In this document: piece by piece, positions 45,744 through 53,931 of the stretch
Layout: every line of letters begins with the position of its first letter
How positions within the stretch are numbered: position 1 is the stretch's first letter
Assembly: GCA_951812955.1 (NCBI GenBank)
Contig: OX638340.1
Span: 3,616,001 to 3,680,000, forward strand
Origin: an uncultured Gemmatimonadota bacterium
Lineage (GTDB): Bacteria > JAAXHH01
Reading direction: 5' to 3'
Length of the DNA: 64,000 nucleotides
Notes under the pieces: generated by a model
The model's input: the letters and a program-made list of their open reading frames with translations, nothing else
What the model was told of the DNA's origin: nothing
The model's database searches: none
Program-made: the position numbers and the translations under genes

Positions 45744-46427
45744 TTGACGACGGCAACGGTGGCCGGAACTATCACCGATCTCATGTGGTCGGAGACGGCT
45801 TCGATCTACGACGCGATCCTCGCGCACCCTTTTATCAAGGGACTAACCTCCGGGGATCTCGACCGGTCTGCTTTCGAGTTCTACACCGTGCAGGACGCGC
45901 TCTACCTGAAGGACTACGCCCGGGCCCTGAGCCTTGCCGCCGTGAAAGCGCCGGATGAGGAGACCATCATCCTCTTCAACGAGCATTCGAAGGGCTGTCT
46001 CGTGGAAGAGCGGGCCATGCAGAAGAACTTCTTCGACGTCTTCGGCCTTTCGGCGGAACAGGTGTGGGCGACGCCCAAGGCACCCGCTTGCCAGGCCTAT
46101 ACGAGCTACCTGCTATCGGTAGCCTACGCCCGGCCCTTCCACGAGGTCGTGGCCGTGGTGCTTCCCTGTTACTGGATCTACTGGGAGGTGGGCAAGGCGC
46201 TGGCCGAGAAGGGATCGCCCGATCCCATGTACCAGCAGTGGATCGACACCTACGCAGGCGAGGAGTTCGCCGAGGCCGTCGTGGCCGTCCTCGAAATCAC
46301 GAACCGGGTCGCACGGGGACTTCCGGATGTGGATCGAGCAGCCATGCTACATCATTACGTCACGACCAGCCGGTACGAGTGGATGTTCTGGGACATGGGG
46401 TATCGGAAGGAAGCCTGGCCGGTGTGA
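45744..46427 (+). CDS. tenA-like: TenA/THI-4/PQQC-family protein (thiaminase II / aminopyrimidine aminohydrolase-like)
   Basis: …ILAHPFIKGLTSGDLDRSAFEFYTVQDALYLKDYARAL… and a conserved Cys (…VVLPCYWIYWEVG…). Start is TTG 45744 or ATG 45783. Confidence 0.65.
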   Translation: MTTATVAGTITDLMWSETASIYDAILAHPFIKGLTSGDLDRSAFEFYTVQDALYLKDYARALSLAAVKAPDEETIILFNEHSKGCLVEERAMQKNFFDVFGLSAEQVWATPKAPACQAYTSYLLSVAYARPFHEVVAVVLPCYWIYWEVGKALAEKGSPDPMYQQWIDTYAGEEFAEAVVAVLEITNRVARGLPDVDRAAMLHHYVTTSRYEWMFWDMGYRKEAWPV

Positions 46428-46462
46428 GGAGGGCACCACGCCGGTGTCTATGGACCCAGTTA

Positions 46463-47245
46463 CTACGCTCGATCGTCGTCGCTAATCAGGTTACGCAGGA
46501 TGTCCACCAGCGCCCGTCCGGGTGCCTTCTCAGCGTATCCAGCAGATTCAAATCCCCGTTGTCCATTTCTCCGCACCTCAATCTCGCCCCACGGGACAAA
46601 GAACCCCTCTTTCAACCGGACTTCCACCAGGTCGCCGATGTCGTACAGCGTCGAGGTGTTGTTGTTAACTAGCCGGTTCGACCGGGTAATGGCCATGCCT
46701 TCTTCTCCTGAACCATCGATATCGTAGAACACCAGCAGGTCGGCCACCGTGGCGGCCACCCCGCGAAACAGGGCGTTGTTCTGAAGCGATACGATGAAGT
46801 TGGCCCCCCTGTCGGCGTCGATATCCGGGTGGATGTATAGACCGGCTCTGGTATTGGTCCAGATCCCGCGGGCGGCCCGTCGTACACGCTGGACAGCCGG
46901 GTCAGTGGATGATCCGTTTCCCGTTCGACTGGAGGCGCCGGTCCGGGCATGCTCTCTCCGTTCATGGGCAGTCTGCGAGGAAGTACGGTAACGAGGCGGC
47001 TGTTGCCGTTGGGAGGACGCCCTGGAAGACGAAGGCATCCGCAGCTTTTCCGGATTTCGGACGAGCCACTGGTAGGCCTCATTGATCTCCGTGAACTTGG
47101 CCGTGGCGCGGTCTTTCACACGGTCGGGCACCTTGTCCGGGTGCCAGATCAGCGCCAGCTCCCGGTACGACTTCTTCACGTCGTCAATAGACGCGCCTGG
47201 AGCGAGGTCGAGCGAATGAAGCGCCCTGTTCGTGGTATCGTCCAT
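46463..47245 (-). CDS. J-domain (DnaJ-like) protein with uncharacterised C-terminal domain
   Basis: N-terminal …IDDVKKSYRELALIWHPDKVP…FTEINEAYQWL is a J domain with HPD motif; the remaining ~150 aa are unassigned. Confidence 0.65.
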   Translation of the reverse strand: MDDTTNRALHSLDLAPGASIDDVKKSYRELALIWHPDKVPDRVKDRATAKFTEINEAYQWLVRNPEKLRMPSSSRASSQRQQPPRYRTSSQTAHERREHARTGASSRTGNGSSTDPAVQRVRRAARGIWTNTRAGLYIHPDIDADRGANFIVSLQNNALFRGVAATVADLLVFYDIDGSGEEGMAITRSNRLVNNNTSTLYDIGDLVEVRLKEGFFVPWGEIEVRRNGQRGFESAGYAEKAPGRALVDILRNLISDDDRA

Positions 47246-47375
47246 ACAGGGTTATTTAACCGATACAAAGGGTTGTCTCAAGGTTTTTGTGCCGGTATAT
47301 TCACCTCGTAGATTTTTCTGACCAGTGTGACCACTCTTTCGATTCAATATTCGTTCTTATGAACAAGGTCTAGAC

Positions 47376-48209
47376 ATGCCCATTACCGACGCCCTGCCCG
47401 ATATGAAGCGGGAACTTCGTTTTTTTCCGGCAAGATCCGAAAATCCGAAAGCGCTTTCCCGTGAACAGATCGACTTCTTCAACACGAACGGGTATCTGTG
47501 CCCCCTCGATGTATTTACGCCGCGGGAAGCCGAAGCGAACCGCCTGTATTTCGAGGACCTGATGGCCCGTGCAGAGAAGGAAGGGTACAACAGCTACTCC
47601 ATCAACGGCTGGCATCGGCATTGCGAGGGCATCTACAACCTGGCCATGAACGAGAGGATTCTGGACTACGCGGAGGACCTGGTCGGCGAGACGTTGATCT
47701 GCGAGATGACCCACTATTTCTGCAAGATGCCGGGCGACGTGCAGCGGGTGAGCTGGCACCAGGACGCCTCCTACTGGCCTCTGACCCCGAGCAAAGTGGT
47801 GACGATCTGGCTGGCCATAGACGACGTGGACGGGGAAAACGGACCCATGACGGTCATCCCCGGTTCACACCTTCACGGACAAATCCCCTTCGAGAACAGC
47901 ACGAAAGCCGAACGCAACGTGCTGGGACAGTCCGTCCACGACCCGCTCAGGTGGGGTGGCGATCCCGTGCCCTTTACCATGAAGGCGGGCCAGATCTCCA
48001 TGCACACCGACCTGCTGCTGCACGGTTCCGAGCCGAATGTTTCCGACCGCCGCCGCTGCGGACTGACGATACGGTATCTGCCGCCGGACGTCCGGGGCCG
48101 CTACCCGGAATACCACAGGGCCATCATCTGCCGAGGCAGCGATCCCTCGGGTTATTGGAGACCCATACCCCGCCCGACGGGCGACCAGATTCCTCCACGC
48201 AATCGCTAG
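47376..48209 (+). CDS. PhyH-family dioxygenase (paralog 9)
   Basis: 277 aa; …VSWHQDASYWPL… HxD and …GSHLHG…. Confidence 0.8.
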   Translation: MPITDALPDMKRELRFFPARSENPKALSREQIDFFNTNGYLCPLDVFTPREAEANRLYFEDLMARAEKEGYNSYSINGWHRHCEGIYNLAMNERILDYAEDLVGETLICEMTHYFCKMPGDVQRVSWHQDASYWPLTPSKVVTIWLAIDDVDGENGPMTVIPGSHLHGQIPFENSTKAERNVLGQSVHDPLRWGGDPVPFTMKAGQISMHTDLLLHGSEPNVSDRRRCGLTIRYLPPDVRGRYPEYHRAIICRGSDPSGYWRPIPRPTGDQIPPRNR

Positions 48210-48297
48210 TATCTACATTGTATCGACGGCGCATTGTCGGTATCTACGGCAAGAGTGGTATCAACGCCGCAATTGTGGTATCTACGGCGCAATAGTA
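48209..48297. repeat. Array of 4 degenerate ~20-bp direct repeats (GTATCTACGGCGCAATTGTG-like) in the convergent intergenic region
   Basis: gtatctacattgtatcgacggcgcattgtcg / gtatctacggcaagagtg / gtatcaacgccgcaattgtg / gtatctacggcgcaatagta, contiguous with no spacers. Confidence 0.55.
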
Positions 48298-48335
48298 CTC
48301 AAATTCAGCTATCCGCGCCGACTTAGAGACCAAAT

Positions 48336-49229
48336 CTATGCCGAAAGCGGCCTGCAGTTTTTACACGGCCGGCATCCGCCGTTCGTTGCGTCCTCCGTAC
48401 TGCTGAATTCAAGGCGGTGCTCCCGCTTGATGCGCCGCGCATCACGGCAGGTGGGGTAACAGTAAATTCCTGTAGTTCGGCTTCCGATGTAGCGTACACC
48501 CCGCTGCTTCCAATTAGCGAGATCTTCCCTCGGTATTCCTTCCCGTTCCAGCAGCGTCCATTTCATTTCCGGACCGTAGTAGTAGTTTCCCACGCCCCCG
48601 GTCGAGGGTACAAGCCGGTGGCAGGGCACCAGGAAGGGAACGGGATTCCGGGCCATGACCGTTCCAACGGCACGGACCGCCTTCGGTCTGCCCACCTCCC
48701 GGGCCAGCCAGGCATAGGGACGGACCTCTCCAGACGGTATCCTGGCCAGGTGTACCAGCACGGTCTGTTCGAATTCGGTAAGTCCCTCAAGGGTAACCGG
48801 TGGCTGAGCGATCTTTTCTCCTCTTATGGCCCGTCTGACTGCCAGGGCGTAGGTTTCCGGCAAGGAACCACGTACTACGGAACGCCCGAGCCTGTCTTTG
48901 TAAAATGACTCGAAGGCGCCGTCCTCCGCCACGTCGAGTTTAACCGCGGATATGCCCTTTGGCGTGAAACCTACGTGCGCCGGCCCGAAATCCGTGTCGA
49001 TGACATCGTACCGATCTGCAATCCTGATCATAACTTCCTCCATGAGCCCCGCGGGGGCGGTCAGTATCAGTTTGGGAGATGCCGCTGCGAGATGCCCCAT
49101 GAATGCGGCCTCTTCGCGGCATGCGGCACACACTTCCAGGTGTTCCACCACGGCCCGGCTCGCCTTATCGTACGCCTCGCCGGTTCTGATTTGATCCAGT
49201 TGCTGTCTTGCTTCGTTACAGTCCACTGG
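48336..49229 (-). CDS. Anti-sigma factor fusion: N-terminal zinc-binding (ZAS / zf-HC2) anti-sigma domain, complete O6-alkylguanine-DNA alkyltransferase (MGMT; N- and C-domains, PCHRL active site), and C-terminal Ada-type Cys4 zinc domain
   Basis: ZAS motif …VDCNEARQQLD…HLEVCAACREE (C…H-x3-C-x2-C). MGMT C-domain LTEFEQTVLVHLARIPSGEVRPYAWLAREVGRPKAVRAVGTVMARNPVPFLVPCHRLV…GNYYYG. C-terminus IYCYPTCRDARRIKREHRLEFSSTEDATNGGCRPCKNCRP matches my recollection of the Ada N-terminal metal-binding consensus. Start is probably GTG ~49229, overlapping the sigma-factor stop (ORF track opens at 49328). Confidence 0.7.
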   Translation of the reverse strand, partial: PVDCNEARQQLDQIRTGEAYDKASRAVVEHLEVCAACREEAAFMGHLAAASPKLILTAPAGLMEEVMIRIADRYDVIDTDFGPAHVGFTPKGISAVKLDVAEDGAFESFYKDRLGRSVVRGSLPETYALAVRRAIRGEKIAQPPVTLEGLTEFEQTVLVHLARIPSGEVRPYAWLAREVGRPKAVRAVGTVMARNPVPFLVPCHRLVPSTGGVGNYYYGPEMKWTLLEREGIPREDLANWKQRGVRYIGSRTTGIYCYPTCRDARRIKREHRLEFSSTEDATNGGCRPCKNCRPLSA

Positions 49230-49770
49230 GGTCGTCCTCCATGATTTTGCGAAGTCTGCGTAGCGCCCGGTACACCTTGCCCCGCAGCGCCGATTCCGAC
49301 GAACCGGTGACTGCCGCGATATCCGCATAGGTGTATTGCTCGATGAATCGCAGAATGATCAATTCCCGGCTTTCTCTGCCCAGTCTTTCGAGAGCCTTCC
49401 GGATCGCCCTGGCCTGGTCGTTTTGGGGGACGAAGGCCTGCTCTTGAAGGTCGTCCTTCATCCGCTCTACCGCGCCTGTCATGCGTTTGCGCGACCTCAG
49501 CCTGTTCAACGCCAGGTTCCGCACGATGCGGTACAGCCAGGGACGGATTTCGAGCGTCCGGCACCGCTCCGAGTCGTACTTACCGGAGAGTGTTTCGTAG
49601 GCCTTGACAAAGGCTTCCTGCGTAACGTCGAGGGCATCGTCCGAACCACCGAGCATGTGGAAGGCGTAGGTGAAGAGTCTGTCCTTGTATGCCGCCACCA
49701 GGTTTGCCACCGCGCCTCTGTTGCCGCGATGGATTTCCAGCGCGATGCATCGTCCCTCTTCCTGCGTCAT
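49216..49770 (-). CDS. ECF-subfamily RNA polymerase sigma-70 factor
   Basis: 184 aa. Region 2 …DALDVTQEAFVKAY… and region 4 …YTYADIAAVTGSSESALRGKVYRALRRLR… are present. It overlaps the downstream anti-sigma gene. Confidence 0.85.
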   Translation of the reverse strand: MTQEEGRCIALEIHRGNRGAVANLVAAYKDRLFTYAFHMLGGSDDALDVTQEAFVKAYETLSGKYDSERCRTLEIRPWLYRIVRNLALNRLRSRKRMTGAVERMKDDLQEQAFVPQNDQARAIRKALERLGRESRELIILRFIEQYTYADIAAVTGSSESALRGKVYRALRRLRKIMEDDPSGL

Positions 49771-49972
49771 GCAAAGTCCTTTGTTGTCCTGACTACCGTC
49801 CCAGTCACAGATAAAACACCGTCGAGGCGGATTACGTTCGGATCAAAACGAATTCGAGTATCCTTCTTGACAGCTTCTTTGCTGTTTCTTTCCTTACCAA
49901 TAAGATCCTTGTTTTCTTATCTTACTGCACATCAGTCGCAATTCGGCGAAATTCATTGTCCCATCTACGCCA

Positions 49973-50170
49973 ATGCCTCGAAAAGTCAGAGAGCTGATTA
50001 AGGATTTGGTAGATGCGGGATTTGTTGAAACAGGTGGGAAAGGCAGCCATAGGAAATTCACACATGTACGAGTATCGAAAATCGTGGTCCTATCTGGCCA
50101 CCTTGGAGACGATTCGAAAAGCTATCAGGAACAGGCCATTAACGTAGCAATCAAGGAGTCACAGAAATGA
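49973..50170 (+). CDS. hicA: HicA-family toxin (type II TA; mRNA interferase)
   Basis: 65 aa; MPRKVRELIKDLVDAGFVETGGKGSHRKFTH…VVLSGHLGDD matches HicA/YcfA-like. In a low-GC patch. Confidence 0.75.
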   Translation: MPRKVRELIKDLVDAGFVETGGKGSHRKFTHVRVSKIVVLSGHLGDDSKSYQEQAINVAIKESQK

Positions 50171-50406
50171 AGACGAGTGCTCAATATGTGAAGATAGTGG
50201 AATGGTCAGAAGAGGATCAGTGTTTCGTCGGCAGCTGTCCCGGCCTGCTCTACGGTGGGTGTCATGGTGATAACGAACAGGAAGTGTTCTCCGAGTTATG
50301 CCGGATCGTAGAGGAAACCATAAATTTGTATAGACGAGACGGCCGGTCCCTTCCTTCACCGACATCGGGAAAAGACTACGCCAATAAAATGCTGGATATC
50401 GTCTGA
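50167..50406 (+). CDS. hicB: HicB-family antitoxin
   Basis: 79 aa; MKTSAQYVKIVEWSEEDQCFVGSCPGLLYGGCHGDNEQEVFSELCRIVEE matches the HicB RNase H-like N-domain. Overlaps the hicA stop by 4 nt. Confidence 0.75.
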   Translation: MKTSAQYVKIVEWSEEDQCFVGSCPGLLYGGCHGDNEQEVFSELCRIVEETINLYRRDGRSLPSPTSGKDYANKMLDIV

Positions 50407-50424
50407 TTTGCCTGCAGCTTCTGC

Positions 50425-52215
50425 CTACCCGCCTCCCCCTAGCACCCTCTCCCAGAATCCGGACGATCCAGAGTTCCGATTCCCATCCTCGGCGATGTAG
50501 ATCGTGAAGGCCGTGTTCCCGATCTGCTCGCCCCGCCAGGACCGGAATCCCCTGCGGTTCGGTTCGAGGGCGTCTCCCCGGATGTCCGATTTCCATATCT
50601 GGTTCATCGTTGGGTACCACACGAACAGACCGCCGACCTCCTCCACCAGGATCCGCTCGGCCTGCCGGTAGACGTCCATGCGCTTTCCGTGGTCACCGAC
50701 CACGCCGCCCGCCTGGACCACGAGCCGGTCGAAGAGATCGTGTTTCCAGGCGTGTCGGCCGGAGGATAGCCACAGGTTCATCAGGCTGCTGGGATCGATG
50801 AAGTCGGCCCCGAAACGGACAAGGCCCAGGGGAAGCTGGTGGCTGTTGATCGCGTCCATGAAGATCTTGACCTCCATGTTCCGCACCACCAGTTCGATCC
50901 CCAGGTTCTGCTTGATCATGGCTTGGATCGCCTCGCCCGCCTCGTGTACCGGACGCACGTCGCGCCGGACCCACATTTCCACCCGCGGGAATCCCTTACC
51001 GTCCGGATAACCCGCTTCGGCCAGCAGCTTGCGGCCCAGTGCGGGGTCGTATCGCTGGATGGGCTTCAGCGCTTCCGTCGCATCTGCCGGGAAACCGGGC
51101 GGCAGCATGGAGTAGGCCGGTGTCGCGAAGCCCTGCAGTGCGGAATTGCAGACGGCGTTCCGGTCGATGGAGTGGCTGAAGGCCTGGCGGACCTTGAGGT
51201 TGTTGAAGGGCGGGTTGTACGTGTCCATCGTGAGGTAGTAGGTGGCGAAGTCGGTGTATGAGTGCAGTTCGCCGTTCAGCTTCGGATCGGTCTTAATCCG
51301 GGCGAGCTCCGCGTTGTTTGTGATGAGGGCGAAGTCGATCTCGTCCGCCTCGTAGGAGGCGAGCAGGGGCGGCGGTGTCGACGCGTTGTACAACTTGGCT
51401 ATAATCGTTTCCAGGTAGGGGCGCGCGGCGCCGTGGTACCTCGGATTGGCCTTGAGCACGACGCGGTCGGCCTTGGTCCATTCCTCCAGGTAGAACGGTC
51501 CGCTGGCGATGGAAGTCTCTGAGCTGGTGGACCAGGTGTCGCCGTGCTTCTCGACCGCCTGGCGGGGAGAGACCCAGCTGTCGACCATCAGGTCAGGCAT
51601 GTAGGCGCAGGGTTCGTCGGTCTCGATCAGCAGGGTGTAATCGTCGATCGCGTGCACACCGAGCGAGTCGAGGGGAAGCTCCCGGCCGACTACCCTGCTC
51701 CAGTTTTTGATCGGCCGGTAGTACCACTCCACGTCGTAGGCGTTTTCCGGGTCGGCCCCGCGACGCAGGGTGAAGACCCAGTCGTGGGCGGTCAGCGGTT
51801 TGCCGTCGGAAAACTCCAGGTCGTCGCGGAGATAGAAGTACCAGCCCAGTCCGTCGGCAGTGGGCTCCCAGCTGTTCGCCGCCGCCGGGATCAGGTTGAA
51901 ATCCTTGTCAAATCGAATAAGCGGTTCCGCGATGATCCGGTGGCCGTAGGTGCCCTTGTAGATCGTGCGGAACCATTCCATGTAGGTGTTGTCGAGCTGG
52001 AACAGGCGGACGTACTGCTCCGAAGGAGGCGCCGCGTCGGGGGGCAGCGTAACGCCCGCGGAATTAACGTAGCGCGCGGACTGCCCGGACTGCCCGGACT
52101 GCCCGAACTGCCCGGATGTCCCTGACTGCCGGTCGACTGCCAGGACATGCAGGATCCCTGCCGCGGTGGCGCAGCAAACCAGGATGATAGCAATAGCGCG
52201 GGCAGTTGAGATCAT
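50425..52215 (-). CDS. ABC transporter substrate-binding protein, family 5 (peptide/nickel/oligosaccharide-type)
   Basis: 596 aa with signal peptide MISTARAIAIILVCCATAAG…, then a (GQS)n linker, then an SBP_bac_5-like core (…NSWEPTADGLGWYFYLRDDLEFSDGKPLTAHDWVFTLRRG…). Confidence 0.8.
   Translation of the reverse strand: MISTARAIAIILVCCATAAGILHVLAVDRQSGTSGQFGQSGQSGQSARYVNSAGVTLPPDAAPPSEQYVRLFQLDNTYMEWFRTIYKGTYGHRIIAEPLIRFDKDFNLIPAAANSWEPTADGLGWYFYLRDDLEFSDGKPLTAHDWVFTLRRGADPENAYDVEWYYRPIKNWSRVVGRELPLDSLGVHAIDDYTLLIETDEPCAYMPDLMVDSWVSPRQAVEKHGDTWSTSSETSIASGPFYLEEWTKADRVVLKANPRYHGAARPYLETIIAKLYNASTPPPLLASYEADEIDFALITNNAELARIKTDPKLNGELHSYTDFATYYLTMDTYNPPFNNLKVRQAFSHSIDRNAVCNSALQGFATPAYSMLPPGFPADATEALKPIQRYDPALGRKLLAEAGYPDGKGFPRVEMWVRRDVRPVHEAGEAIQAMIKQNLGIELVVRNMEVKIFMDAINSHQLPLGLVRFGADFIDPSSLMNLWLSSGRHAWKHDLFDRLVVQAGGVVGDHGKRMDVYRQAERILVEEVGGLFVWYPTMNQIWKSDIRGDALEPNRRGFRSWRGEQIGNTAFTIYIAEDGNRNSGSSGFWERVLGGGG
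52072..52125. repeat. 9-bp tandem repeat (ctgcccgga x4-5) encoding the (GQS)n linker of the SBP
   Basis: gcgcgcggactgcccggactgcccggactgcccgaactgcccgga. Confidence 0.7.
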
Positions 52216-52385
52216 GGAGGGACCATCCGTTGGTCACAATGGCCACAATCGTCACTATAGAAGGATTGCAACGTACCTTATCCCCTTTCCTACCCCGCGT
52301 CAAGTATATGACGGTGATTCGGCTTGACCCCCATCGGGCGGTCTTTATTTTGCACGTGGACCTCAACAGGCCGGTGAATCACCCC

Positions 52386-52886
52386 ATGGATTCCTTCCTC
52401 ATATCTCAGGCGCTCGCCGCCGTCGCATTCACCTGCGGCGTGATCTCCTTCCAATACAAGAAGCGACGCAACGTGTTGCTCTGGTTGAGCGCCTCGGCGC
52501 TGACCAATGCGTGCCACTTCTTCGTGCTTGGCAGAAACGGCGCGGGAACCCTGTACGTCGTGATGGGCGTGCGTGTCTTCACGGCGGCTTTCACGACCGA
52601 CCAGCGCCTGATGTACGTTTTCATGGCGCTGATCGTGGCCGGATTCTTCGTGTCCTATGAACGGCCACTGGACATACTGGCGCTTTTCGGATCGCTACTG
52701 CCGACCTACGGGAACTTTCAGAAATCCGACCGCAAGATACGGCTGATCTACATGGCCTGCGCGCTGATCTGGATGATCCACAACTACATCGCCGGCAGTC
52801 CGGTCGCCGTCCTCATGGAAACCACGTTCCTGGTCAGCAACCTGGTCGGATACTACCGGATTTACCGGTTCGCGCTAAAGGCCTGA
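52386..52886 (+). CDS. YgjV-like inner membrane protein
   Basis: ~166 aa with 5-6 TM helices (MDSFLISQALAAVAFTCGVISFQYKKRRNVLLWLSASALTNACHFFVLG…), resembling the Imp-YgjV family. Confidence 0.55.
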   Translation: MDSFLISQALAAVAFTCGVISFQYKKRRNVLLWLSASALTNACHFFVLGRNGAGTLYVVMGVRVFTAAFTTDQRLMYVFMALIVAGFFVSYERPLDILALFGSLLPTYGNFQKSDRKIRLIYMACALIWMIHNYIAGSPVAVLMETTFLVSNLVGYYRIYRFALKA

Positions 52887-52946
52887 TCAGGCACACCCGA
52901 TTCACACTGAAGCCTGATAGTAGTTGCCCAGTTGGTCTTTGCGGGA

Positions 52947-53900
52947 TTACCCGTACATCCGGATCGGGGTGGGCTCGGTGGGACGGTTCTTTCGGGGCGG
53001 ACGCTGCGTAGTGACCTTCAGCGCCTCCTCCCAGCCCCGGCTCCACGTGTTGTAGTCCGCTAGCACGAATTCGGGATGGCGCTGGCTGCGGACGATGAAG
53101 TTGGGGTAGAAGGATCGTCCCGTGGGCAGGCCGGTCTGCTGATACCGCAGGTCGAGACTCCACCGGATCGATCCCGATCGGTTGGGGATGGACCGGTGCG
53201 GGATCAGCTTGTGCATGAGCAGCACGTCGCCCTTCTTCATCGGCAAAGACAGGACCTTGCCTTCGGGCAACCCGCTTTCTTCGATGCCGAATCCTTCGCT
53301 CCAGTATACGGTGCCGCGGTGGTGTACGCGGGGGATGATCTGCAGGCATCCGTTCTCTTCGTCGGTATCGCACAGGGGCAGCCAGACGGTGAGAATAAAG
53401 ACCGGATCGGCGTCTTCTTGGTGCACCTGCGCGTCCTGGTGCCAGGGCGCCACATTTTCTTTGACACGCGCAGCCAGGGCGTTCTCGTCGCCGCTGCCGT
53501 TGCCGCCACTATCGCCACTGGCCACGGCCTCCGGCAACTTCGCCCGCAGATGCTGTATGGGGCTGCACGTGATTTCGGGTCCGACGAGAGACCCCACCAG
53601 GTTCAGCATCCGGTCGTTACCGAGAAATCGGAATACCGCTTCGGCACGCATGTGCATGATGTCGATATCGTCATAGATCGAGGGGTTTTCCCGGGTGATC
53701 AGGGCCAGCCGTCGCTCGAAGGGTTCTCCCTCGTGAAGTTCGGTAATTCGTCCTTCTTCATGGAGACTGCGCGCCCGTCCGTCCACGAACGCTTCGATCC
53801 CGGCGATGACGGGATCCAGATCATCACCGGTGAGCGCTCCCTTTACGATGACGTATCCTTCATCTACAAAATGCTGAAACTGATCCTGTGTGAGTGCCAT
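52947..53900 (-). CDS. PhyH-family dioxygenase (paralog 10)
   Basis: 317 aa; MALTQDQFQHFVDEGYVIVKG…; …APWHQDAQV… HxD. Confidence 0.8.
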   Translation of the reverse strand: MALTQDQFQHFVDEGYVIVKGALTGDDLDPVIAGIEAFVDGRARSLHEEGRITELHEGEPFERRLALITRENPSIYDDIDIMHMRAEAVFRFLGNDRMLNLVGSLVGPEITCSPIQHLRAKLPEAVASGDSGGNGSGDENALAARVKENVAPWHQDAQVHQEDADPVFILTVWLPLCDTDEENGCLQIIPRVHHRGTVYWSEGFGIEESGLPEGKVLSLPMKKGDVLLMHKLIPHRSIPNRSGSIRWSLDLRYQQTGLPTGRSFYPNFIVRSQRHPEFVLADYNTWSRGWEEALKVTTQRPPRKNRPTEPTPIRMYG

Positions 53901-53931
53901 GTTATTGTATTCCCCGGTCCGTGTAGTTTGT

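Noticed and set aside
49771-49972. ECF-type autoregulatory promoter (GAAC…N16…CGT) upstream of the sigma-factor gene
   Set aside because: A GAAC motif (complement of 49846-49849) followed by a weak CGAC/GTGTT is present. The match to known ECF -35/-10 consensus is too loose to call without experimental or comparative data.
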